Below are positions 38,012 to 46,288 of a stretch of 64,000 nucleotides of DNA, piece after piece. Both the position numbers and the translations under genes were made by a program. The first letter of the stretch is position 1; the number at the start of each line of letters is the position of its first letter. The notes under the pieces were generated by a model. That model saw only the letters and a program-made list of their open reading frames with translations, was not told the origin of the DNA and ran no database searches. The DNA is taken from NCBI GenBank assembly GCA_963741915.1, contig CAVUJW010000013.1, positions 523,791-587,790 on the forward strand. The letters run 5' to 3'. The DNA is from an uncultured Chloroflexia bacterium (GTDB lineage Bacteria > Chloroflexota > Limnocylindria > Limnocylindrales > CSP1-4).

Positions 38012-39568
38012 ATGGAGCTGACCTTCCTCGGCGGCGCGCGCACGGTCACCGGGTCGCGCCATCTCGTCGACACCGGCCGTGCCCGGGTGCTCGTCGATTG
38101 CGGCATGTTCCAGGGCGGACCCGACGAGTCGATGCGCAACAGAATCCCGCTCGGCTTCGACCCCCGGACGATCGATGCGGTCGTGCTGACCCACGCTCAC
38201 CTCGACCACTGCGGGCTGCTGCCGCTGCTGGTCCACGAGGGGTTCCGCGGCTCGATCCTGTGCACCGCGGCGACGGCCGAGCTCGCCCGCCTCGTCCTGC
38301 TCGATTCCGCCAAGCTCCAGGAGGAGTTCGCCAAGCGCGCGAAGCGCCGGGACCGGCGTGACCCGGAGCGGGCGGCCGATCGCGAGGCGCGCGAGGAGCA
38401 GCTGTTCGATCGCGACCTCGACCTCGCGCTGGCCGGAGCGGAGAGCCCCGGCGGCCCGGACCCGGAGGACCTGCTGCGGGAGGCACCGCCCGAGGTGGTG
38501 CTCGACTTCGACACCCCGATCTACACCGAGGACGATGCCGGTGCGGTGCTGCCGCTGCTGCGCCACGTCCCCTACGGCATGGAGCACGAGGTGGCGCAGG
38601 GCGTCCACGTGACGCTGCTCGACGCGGGCCACATCCTGGGGTCCGCGATCGCGCGGGTGCGCCTGGCCCAGCCATCGGGCGACCGCGACACGGTGATCGT
38701 GTTCTCGGGCGACCTGGGCCGGCCCGGGACGCCGATCCTGCGCGATCCGACACCCGTCCCGGACGCCGACTTCGTGGTGTGCGAGTCCACCTACGGCGGG
38801 CGGGAGCACGAGCCCCCCGAGCGGTCGGCCGGGATCCTGGCCGAGGTCGTCAACGAGACCGCGAACCGGAAGGGCGTCCTGCTGATCCCGTCGTTCGCGA
38901 TCGGCCGCACCCAGCAGATCGTGTGGGAGCTCGACCGGCTGGTCGCCGCGGGGACCATCCCCCAGCTGCCGCTGTACCTAGACTCGCCGATGGCCAAGGC
39001 CGCCTCGGACATCTACCGAGGCCACCCGGAGGCCTACGACGAGGAGACGGCGGCGCTCCTGCGCGAGCACGAGTCGCCGCTCGACTACCCGGGCCAGCAC
39101 GTGGTCCAGAACGTCCAGGAGTCCGAGCGGATCGCGCACGCCCCCCGGCCCCTGATCATCGTCGCGTCCAACGGGATGCTCACCGGCGGCCGCTCCGTGG
39201 GCCATGCCGAGTGGTTGCTGCCCGATCCCACGGCGACGATCCTGTTCGTCGGCTACCAGGGGGAGGGCTCGCTGGGCGGCCACCTGGCCCGGGGTGCGCC
39301 CACCGCCCGGATCGGCGGCCAGGAGGTCAAGGTCCGCGCGACCATCCGCTCGCTCGACGGGCTGTCGGCGCACTCGGACGAGCCGGAGCTGCTGGCCTGG
39401 CTGGGCAACTTCGTCCGGGGCCGCAAGCCCGGCGACCCGGGGGTCCCCGGGCGCGTGTTCCTCGTCCACGGCGACCCTCCGGCCCAGCAGGCGCTGGCCC
39501 CCAAGGTCGAGGGGCTGGGGCTGGAGGTGCGGGTGCCCGCGTGGCACGAGTCGGTGTCCCTGGACTGA
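38012..39568 (+). CDS. MBL-fold metallo-hydrolase of the beta-CASP type (RNA-metabolising nuclease family)
   Basis: LVDCGMFQG, THAHLDHCG, DAGHILGS, ESTYGGREH, GLSAHSD, LVHGD. Confidence 0.8.
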   Translation: MELTFLGGARTVTGSRHLVDTGRARVLVDCGMFQGGPDESMRNRIPLGFDPRTIDAVVLTHAHLDHCGLLPLLVHEGFRGSILCTAATAELARLVLLDSAKLQEEFAKRAKRRDRRDPERAADREAREEQLFDRDLDLALAGAESPGGPDPEDLLREAPPEVVLDFDTPIYTEDDAGAVLPLLRHVPYGMEHEVAQGVHVTLLDAGHILGSAIARVRLAQPSGDRDTVIVFSGDLGRPGTPILRDPTPVPDADFVVCESTYGGREHEPPERSAGILAEVVNETANRKGVLLIPSFAIGRTQQIVWELDRLVAAGTIPQLPLYLDSPMAKAASDIYRGHPEAYDEETAALLREHESPLDYPGQHVVQNVQESERIAHAPRPLIIVASNGMLTGGRSVGHAEWLLPDPTATILFVGYQGEGSLGGHLARGAPTARIGGQEVKVRATIRSLDGLSAHSDEPELLAWLGNFVRGRKPGDPGVPGRVFLVHGDPPAQQALAPKVEGLGLEVRVPAWHESVSLD

Positions 39569-39645
39569 CGCCTCCGGGTGCCCTCGCCGGCCTCGCGCGC
39601 ACCCGGTCCGAACGGCTACGATCGGGGGGCCGCAGGAGGTTCCCG

Positions 39646-40914
39646 TTGTCGATCGCCGCTCGCACCCCCTCCCGCCCGCCCGCCCCGATCTCGCCCGATG
39701 AGCTCGCCCGGATCCGGGCGCCGTTCCGGGCCGCGAGCCTGCTGCCGGCCCGCGCGTACCACGATGAGGCGGTCTGGGCGTGGGAACGGGAGGAGATCTT
39801 CCTGCGCGACTGGATCGCGGTCGGGCGCGAGGAGGAGGTCGCCGGGCCCGGCAGCTTCATGCTGCGCGACCTGCTGGGCGAGAACGTGCTCATCGTGCGC
39901 GGCCGGGACGGCGTCATCCGCGCGTTCTACAACGTGTGCCGCCACCGGGGCACCGCGGTCGAGGAGCGCGAGTGCGGCCGGGCCGTCCGCTTCCAGTGCC
40001 CCTACCACGCCTGGATCTACGGCATCGACGGCCGACTGGTGCGGGCCAAGCACACCGCGGACCTCGACGACTTCAGCCTCAAGGCGTACGGCCTGGCACC
40101 CATCCGGTGCGAGACGTGGCAGGGGTTCGTGTTCCTGTGCTTCACGGACGACGCATCGCTCACGCCACCGTTGCGCGAGTACCTCGGCGACTGGTTCGAC
40201 CATCACCAGGGATTCGGGCGCGACCTGACCAGGCTGGCCCGCGCCGCCCGCCTGAGCTACGAGGTCGCCGCCAACTGGAAGCTGATCGCCGAGAACTACA
40301 GCGAGTGCTATCACTGTCCGCCGGTCCATGCGCTGCTCAACAGGCTCACCCCCTACGACCTGGGCGAGGACTTCCTGGCCCAGGGGCCATGGAAGGGCGG
40401 CTGGATGGTGTTCGCGGACGGCTGCGAGACGATGTCGATGAGCGGCAAGTGCGACGGCCGGCCGCTGCTCTACGCGCGCGACGAGACCGAGGCGCAGCGC
40501 ATCTACTACTACATCCTGTGGCCCAACCTGATCGTGTCGGTGCATCCCGACTACGTGCTCACCCACCAGGCGTGGCCGGACGGGCCCAACCGCTCGACCG
40601 TGCACTGCGACCTGTACCTGCAGGCGGACCGGGTGGGCGACCTCGACATCTCGGGGGCGGTCGAGTTCTGGGACATCACCAACCGCGAGGACTACCACGT
40701 GGTCGAGCTCCAGCAGCAGGGCACGCGGTCCCGCTCCTGGACGGCCGGCCGGTACTCGAACCAGGAGGCGTCGGTCCACGCCTTCGACATCATGGTCGCG
40801 GACCGCTACGCGAATGACGGGTCGCACACGGTGCGCGGCTGGCGGACCGAGACCGCCGCCGAGCGGCGTCAGGTCACGCGAGCGCTGGGCGCCGCGACGG
40901 GAGGGCGAGGATGA
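39646..40914 (+). CDS. Rieske [2Fe-2S] non-heme-iron oxygenase, alpha-subunit type
   Basis: TTG at 39646, 6 nt after AGGAGG. Rieske ligands CRHRG...CPYHAW, and a catalytic domain with NWKLIAENYSECYHCPPVH. Confidence 0.8.
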   Translation: MSIAARTPSRPPAPISPDELARIRAPFRAASLLPARAYHDEAVWAWEREEIFLRDWIAVGREEEVAGPGSFMLRDLLGENVLIVRGRDGVIRAFYNVCRHRGTAVEERECGRAVRFQCPYHAWIYGIDGRLVRAKHTADLDDFSLKAYGLAPIRCETWQGFVFLCFTDDASLTPPLREYLGDWFDHHQGFGRDLTRLARAARLSYEVAANWKLIAENYSECYHCPPVHALLNRLTPYDLGEDFLAQGPWKGGWMVFADGCETMSMSGKCDGRPLLYARDETEAQRIYYYILWPNLIVSVHPDYVLTHQAWPDGPNRSTVHCDLYLQADRVGDLDISGAVEFWDITNREDYHVVELQQQGTRSRSWTAGRYSNQEASVHAFDIMVADRYANDGSHTVRGWRTETAAERRQVTRALGAATGGRG

Positions 40915-41228
40915 AGCTGCTGGTGGCGATCGTCCAGGTCGACGACGCGGAACGGCTGGCCGAGGCGCTGCGCCACGACGGCCATCGGTTCACCCGGCTG
41001 GCGTCGAGCGGCGGCTTCCTCGAGACGTCCAACGTGACCCTGATCCTGGCCGTGCGCGACGAGGCCCTGCCGGACGTCGTCGCCCTGTTCCGGGCCCACT
41101 GCTCCGGCCGCGACGTGGAGCTGCCGCTGGTCCTGACCGAGCGCCTGCGCGACTGGCAGGAGCGCGTCGTGCAGTACGCCGGCGCGACGATCCTGGTGGT
41201 CGATCTCGAGGACCTGATCCGGCTGTAG
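40911..41228 (+). CDS. darA: PII-like cyclic-di-AMP receptor (DarA/PstA, DUF970 family)
   Basis: 105 aa. MKLLVAIVQVDDAERLAEALRHDGHRFTRLASSGGFLETSNVTLILAV parallels Bacillus DarA as I recall it (MKLIVAVVQDQDSNRL...VTKLATTGGFLKSGNTTF). The ATGA overlaps the Rieske gene stop. Confidence 0.7.
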   Translation: MKLLVAIVQVDDAERLAEALRHDGHRFTRLASSGGFLETSNVTLILAVRDEALPDVVALFRAHCSGRDVELPLVLTERLRDWQERVVQYAGATILVVDLEDLIRL

Positions 41229-41275
41229 CCCGGGGGCCCGGCGCGCGTACCACGACCCGGCAGTCGCTCGGGCGG

Positions 41276-42979
41276 TCAGGCGGGTGACGACCGCCGGTCC
41301 GCCTCGAGGTGGGCATCGACGATCCTGAGCGCATCGGCGCCCACGACGGGGTGGCCCGTGACCGCCGCCAGGAACGCGTCTCGTCCCAGGACGAGCAGGA
41401 CCGATGGCTCCTCGGCGATGACCGTCGCGGTCCGGGGGACATTGCGGAGCAGCGCGATCTCGCCGAAGCCGTCGCCGGGGGACGCCAGGGTCCGGATCGG
41501 CAGGCCGCCCCGGGCGATCGAGACCGACCCCGACTCGAGCACGTAGAACCGGTCGCCCGCGTCGCCTTCCCGGATCACCACCGCGCCGGCCGGGACCGTG
41601 ACCCAGGTCGGCGCCCGGCCGAGGACCTCCATGGCCGGCGGGTCGAGCGCCTCGAACAGCCGCAGGCGTCGCAGCAGGGCCAGCGCGCGGGCGGGAGCCG
41701 CCGCCCGGCGGTCGAGCCCGCGCAGGCCGGGCCAGGCGAGCGCGAGGGCCAGGGGCAGCAGCGCCGCGAACACGATGACCGAGCCCACGAGCCCGGCGAT
41801 CGCGACCACGGCCGGCACCAGCACGGCCCCCGCGGCCAGCGCGGCCATGATCAGCGCCTCGAGGATGCCGAACACGCGCGACAGCACCTCGTCGCGTACC
41901 GCCCGCTGGAGGATCGTGCGCCCGGCGACGTCCATCACGCTCAGCCCGATGCCGCCCAGGACCAGGAACAGGGGCGCGAGCGTCCCCGACGCCGTGACCC
42001 CCATCACCGCGAACGCGACTCCCCAGGCGACGGCACTGGCCAGCAGCACCGGGGCGATGCGCCGCTGGCCGACCAGCAGGAACGCCGCTCCGCCGCCGAT
42101 GACCCCGCCCACGCCGAGCGCCGCAGACAGCAGCGCCGCACCCGAATCGCCGGTCCCGAACAGCTCCAGCGCGAGGAGCACGAACAGGACGTCCGTGACC
42201 CCGATCATCAGCGTGCGCGCGGCCAGCACGGCCACGATCAGCCGGGCGTCGCCGTCGACCGCCAGAGCCCGGAACCCGGCCAGCACGCGCACGCCCGGGG
42301 ACTCGCGGGCCTGCCCGATCGAGACGCCTCCGGCTCCGAATATGCCTGCGGCCACGACCGTCCGCGCGGCCAGGGGACGGACGGCGGCCACCAGGATGAC
42401 CGCCACGCCCGACCCGGCGGTCAGCAGCGCGAGGACGGAGCCCGGGGTCGCGACGGTCAGCACGGCCGCCGCGGACAGGGGCCCCAGCAGGAGGCCACCC
42501 GCCTCGCCGATGCTCGAGACCGCGTTGGCCGCGGTCAGCTCCTCGGGGGTGAGCGCCAGCGACGGCAGCAGGGCGTTGTGGGACGGTCGGACGATGGTCA
42601 ACGCCATCGAGGCCCCGACCGCCGACAGGTAGACGACCGGAGCCGGCCAGCCCGCCAGCATGGCCGCAGCGGTGGCGCCGGTCAGCAGCGTGAGCAGCAG
42701 GTAGGCGGCAAGCAGGACCCGGTGGCGTGGATAGCGATCGCCGAGCGTCGAGGCGAGGGGGGCGGCCAGCGACGCCGGGACCAGCTGGACCAGGGCAACC
42801 ACGCCGACCGACGCCGGCCCCGTCGCCTCGTAGGCGTACAGGAGGATCGCGACCCAGCTGCCGTACTCGACCGTGTTGAAGGCCAAGAACGCCAGCTCGA
42901 GCCAGCGCAGCGCCGGGTTGCCGAACACGTGCGCAGCGACCCGGAGCGTGGCGCGCATGCGGTGCAGCACCCCAGCCAT
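41276..42979 (-). CDS. MFS transporter fused to a C-terminal cyclic-nucleotide-binding domain
   Basis: About 12 TM spans, then LFEALDPPAMEVL...VIREGDAGDRFYVLESGSV...GDGFGEIALLRNVPRTATV (cNMP-binding beta-barrel with FGE..L..RTA). Confidence 0.75.
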   Translation of the reverse strand: MAGVLHRMRATLRVAAHVFGNPALRWLELAFLAFNTVEYGSWVAILLYAYEATGPASVGVVALVQLVPASLAAPLASTLGDRYPRHRVLLAAYLLLTLLTGATAAAMLAGWPAPVVYLSAVGASMALTIVRPSHNALLPSLALTPEELTAANAVSSIGEAGGLLLGPLSAAAVLTVATPGSVLALLTAGSGVAVILVAAVRPLAARTVVAAGIFGAGGVSIGQARESPGVRVLAGFRALAVDGDARLIVAVLAARTLMIGVTDVLFVLLALELFGTGDSGAALLSAALGVGGVIGGGAAFLLVGQRRIAPVLLASAVAWGVAFAVMGVTASGTLAPLFLVLGGIGLSVMDVAGRTILQRAVRDEVLSRVFGILEALIMAALAAGAVLVPAVVAIAGLVGSVIVFAALLPLALALAWPGLRGLDRRAAAPARALALLRRLRLFEALDPPAMEVLGRAPTWVTVPAGAVVIREGDAGDRFYVLESGSVSIARGGLPIRTLASPGDGFGEIALLRNVPRTATVIAEEPSVLLVLGRDAFLAAVTGHPVVGADALRIVDAHLEADRRSSPA

Positions 42980-43208
42980 GGCGGCGTAGTGTGGCAGGGC
43001 GGCCCGCCTCGCGCATCGCCGTCCTGGCGTGCTGCCTGCGGGTGCCGACCATGCCCGCACGGCCATCCTGACCGCGGACGAGCTCGCGTCGGTCCGCCGG
43101 GCGGGTCCACTACGACCCGCTGTGGCCGCTCACGTTCATGTCGATCCCCCCGGCGCGAGGTCCGGGAGCCGCGGCTGAACCGTCGGCTCGATCAGCCGGG
43201 CACCACGA

Positions 43209-43991
43209 TCATCCGGGCACCTTGCCGGCGAGCTCAGCGAGCTGCCGGGGGTGGCCCTCGAAGCGGAGCCTGTACGCCTCGGCGTAGGTCATCGCGGGAC
43301 GGCCGACGGCCGATCCGGCCGCCGCCGTCGCCGCGGCGAGCTGCCGGGCGACCGCGAGGTATTCGGGGCCGAACTGCGAGGCATGCCGGCTGATGGCCTC
43401 GACCTTGGTGTCCATCGTGGCCCCGATGTCCACGAACAGGTCGGGCTGCTCGGCGTCGATCGTCATCAGCCAGGTCACCTCCCAGGGCTCCAGGCCCTCG
43501 TCGAGCAGCTCCGGAAAGGCCATCGGGTTGCGGGCGGTCGGATAGACCGCTGCCGCCGTCGCCTCGCCGACCGCGTGGTGGTCGGGATGGTTCCCCCAGC
43601 CGTAATGGCGGAGCGGGTGGTGGGTGACCACGACCTCCGGCCGGAAGCGCCGGATCTCGCGGGTGATGTCCCGCCGGAGCTCCATCGACGGCGTGAGGTA
43701 GCCGTCCTCGTGGCCGAGGAAGACGAGGTCCCGCACGCCGATGACGTTCGCGGATGCCCGCTGCTCGGCCTCGCGGATCGCCGCCAGCTCCTGCTCCGTC
43801 CGGGTGCCATCCCCGCCCCGGTTGCCGGACGTGGCGATCACGTAGCTGATCTGCTTGCCCTCGTGCGCCCAGCGCGCGAACGTGCCGGCGCAGCGGACGT
43901 CTGCATCGTCGGGGTGGGCCATGACCGCGAGCACCCGGCTGACGTGGTGGATGCCCCTGGATCCATCGCTGTGCGCCCCATCGTGCTCCAC
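43209..43991 (-). CDS. PIG-L/LmbE-family deacetylase
   Basis: GTG at 43991 follows the RBS aaggagg. VLAVMAHPDDADV, HPDHHAVG. It starts 4 nt after the gshB stop. Confidence 0.8.
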   Translation of the reverse strand: MEHDGAHSDGSRGIHHVSRVLAVMAHPDDADVRCAGTFARWAHEGKQISYVIATSGNRGGDGTRTEQELAAIREAEQRASANVIGVRDLVFLGHEDGYLTPSMELRRDITREIRRFRPEVVVTHHPLRHYGWGNHPDHHAVGEATAAAVYPTARNPMAFPELLDEGLEPWEVTWLMTIDAEQPDLFVDIGATMDTKVEAISRHASQFGPEYLAVARQLAAATAAAGSAVGRPAMTYAEAYRLRFEGHPRQLAELAGKVPG

Positions 43992-43995
43992 GACG

Positions 43996-44958
43996 CTACC
44001 TCCTTGCGACCTCGGCCTCGATGGACTCGATCACCGTCCGGGCCATCCCCGCCAGCCCGAGGCCCTGGGCCTGGCGGATCCCGCCCGGACTCGTCACGTT
44101 GACCTCGATCAGCTGGTCGCCGATCACGTCGAGCCCGACCAGCCGCAGCCCCGCGCGGCACAGGTCGGGGCGCAGGCGGGCGACGATCTCGCGCTCGCGC
44201 GCCGTCAGGTCCACCGCCTGGTTCGGGTTTCCCGTCCGGAAGTCGCGCGGCTCGACCGGGCGGTTGACCGCCCCCAGGACCTCGCCGTCGTACAGCAGGA
44301 TCCGGCGGTTGCCGCCGGCGGAGGCCGCGAGCCACGCTTGGACGACGATCGGGTGGGCGCCGCGATCGGTCATGATCTCGACGATCGAGGGCACGTTGGG
44401 GTCGTCGCCATCGAGCACCAGCACGCCTCGACCGGCGAACCCGTCCACCGGCTTGGCCACGGCCCGGCCGTGCTCGTCGACGAACCGCCGGATGAGGGTC
44501 GCGTCGGCGGTCACCAGCGTGGGCGGGCAAAGGTCCGGGTAGCGCAGCGCGAACAGCTTCTCGTTGGCGTCGCGAACGCCGCGCGGGTCGTTGACCAGGA
44601 CGGTCCGGGCCGGATCGATCGCGTCGAGCAGCCAGCTCGCCCAGAGGTACCGCGCGTCCACGGGCGGGTCTGTCCGGAACAGCACGACGTCCAGCCCGTC
44701 GAGCGGCACCAGCCCGTCGGACGGGTCGAGCTCGTGCCACGGGTCGGGCACGATCCAGCGCGGACCGTCCGTCGTGCCGGCGGTCAGCCGGATCCGTCGC
44801 AGCGGTGCGTGGACCCGCCCGCGCATGAGGGTCAGCAGTCGGGTCTCGGTGACGAACAATTCGTGGCCCAGCGCCTGGGCGGCCTCGATCAGCGCGATGC
44901 TCGCGTCGCCGCTCGGATCGAGCCGGTCGAGCGGATCGGCGACGAACGCGAGCCTCAT
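43996..44958 (-). CDS. gshB: glutathione synthetase (prokaryotic ATP-grasp GshB)
   Basis: 320 aa, collinear with E. coli GshB as I recall it: LDVVLFRTDPP, DANEKLF, KPVDGFAGRGV, GNRRILL, RTGN, VGLDVIGDQLIEVNVTSP. Confidence 0.8.
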   Translation of the reverse strand: MRLAFVADPLDRLDPSGDASIALIEAAQALGHELFVTETRLLTLMRGRVHAPLRRIRLTAGTTDGPRWIVPDPWHELDPSDGLVPLDGLDVVLFRTDPPVDARYLWASWLLDAIDPARTVLVNDPRGVRDANEKLFALRYPDLCPPTLVTADATLIRRFVDEHGRAVAKPVDGFAGRGVLVLDGDDPNVPSIVEIMTDRGAHPIVVQAWLAASAGGNRRILLYDGEVLGAVNRPVEPRDFRTGNPNQAVDLTAREREIVARLRPDLCRAGLRLVGLDVIGDQLIEVNVTSPGGIRQAQGLGLAGMARTVIESIEAEVARR

Positions 44959-46217
44959 GACGCGAGCGCCATCGCGCGGTCGCGGCCGGCGGGCGCCGAC
45001 AGCGTGCGGCCCACCGTGCCCGCGACGGCCAGCAGCGCGGGGCGGGCATCGACCGGCAGCCAGCCGGGCCAGCGGCGCTCGATCGCCGGGATCCGCTCCG
45101 CCGCCACGCCCAGGAGCTCCAGCGCCTGGGTCCGCAGGGCGGGATCGGCCAGGCCGGTCGTCGCCGAGCGACGCCACGCTTCCCGGAGCCGCGCCGGGTC
45201 CGTGCCACCGATCTCGATCGCCGCTTCGCGAGCGACGGGATCCGCCAGCAGGATCGCGACCAGGCTCACCGCGGTACCCATCTGGTCGAGCGGCTGGGCG
45301 TCGAGGTAGCGCACCTCGAGGTAGCCGGACCGGGGCCGGACGGGCGGAAACAGGGTCGAGAGGTGGTGCGCGACGTCGGCCGCGTCGGGTCGTTCGCCGG
45401 CCTCGTCGGGTCGTCCGCCGGCCTCCGCGATCCAGTCCCGGAGCCGGGCCCGGAAGGGTAGCCGGGTGCGCTCGCCCTGGCGCGGCAGCGCCATGACCTC
45501 GGCGTCGAGCGCGAACCCGAGGTACGCCTCGACCGGCCGGCTCGGGTCGACCGGGCTGCCGTCGAGGCCGGTCCGGCTGGGATCCACCGCGAGCCAGATC
45601 GCGGTCCGGTTGTCGCCATCGCCGGGGGTCCGGAACGCCGCCGCGAGGGCCGGGCCGGCGAGGTTCGCCGCCAGCCACTGGCGGGTGCCGGCGACGCCCG
45701 GCGCGCGATCCACGCACACTTGGAGCGACGCGGTCTGGCGCATCATCCGGCGCCCGGCGGGCCCGATCGCGTCGAACTGGCGCTGCATCACCAGGTAGCG
45801 GTCGCGCGGCGTCTGGAGCCCGACCTCCTCTGGCGATCGCCACCGGTCGACGCCCGAGGGCTCGAGCCGGATGCCATGGCGGGCCAGCCGGGTGCCGACG
45901 CGGGCGGCGTGGCCCTGGATCCCGGCGATCGCGAGGGTCGCCGTCGGCACCGGAGCCGGGCTCAGCTCGAGCTGGCCGCCCGGCTCGAAGCTCGGATGGG
46001 CCGGGTCGTCGGCCAGGGCGGCACGCCCCGCCAGGATCCGGCTGACGCGCTCGATCGGGACGGACGCGCGGCCATCGCCACGGTCGTCGAACACCAGGAA
46101 CTCGGCTTCGACGCCGATCCGCGGCGGCCACGGCGAGTGGTTCGTGGTCGGGGTCGCCGCGAGCAGCGCTGCGACCTGCCGTCGCGTCTCCGCCAGCGCC
46201 GTCGTGCATCGGTCCAT
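44955..46217 (-). CDS. gshA: glutamate--cysteine ligase, GCS2/EgtA-like family
   Basis: RIGVEAEFLVF, FEPGGQLELS, ASLQVCVD, FPPVRPRSGYLEVRYLDAQP. The stop overlaps the gshB ATG (ATGA). ATG chosen at 46217. Confidence 0.7.
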   Translation of the reverse strand: MDRCTTALAETRRQVAALLAATPTTNHSPWPPRIGVEAEFLVFDDRGDGRASVPIERVSRILAGRAALADDPAHPSFEPGGQLELSPAPVPTATLAIAGIQGHAARVGTRLARHGIRLEPSGVDRWRSPEEVGLQTPRDRYLVMQRQFDAIGPAGRRMMRQTASLQVCVDRAPGVAGTRQWLAANLAGPALAAAFRTPGDGDNRTAIWLAVDPSRTGLDGSPVDPSRPVEAYLGFALDAEVMALPRQGERTRLPFRARLRDWIAEAGGRPDEAGERPDAADVAHHLSTLFPPVRPRSGYLEVRYLDAQPLDQMGTAVSLVAILLADPVAREAAIEIGGTDPARLREAWRRSATTGLADPALRTQALELLGVAAERIPAIERRWPGWLPVDARPALLAVAGTVGRTLSAPAGRDRAMALAS

Positions 46218-46288
46218 GCCGGCATGCTCGCCTCGGGGGCGGGGGCCGCGCATCGTCGCGGGTGCGGATCCCGGTACGTAATCGCGCG

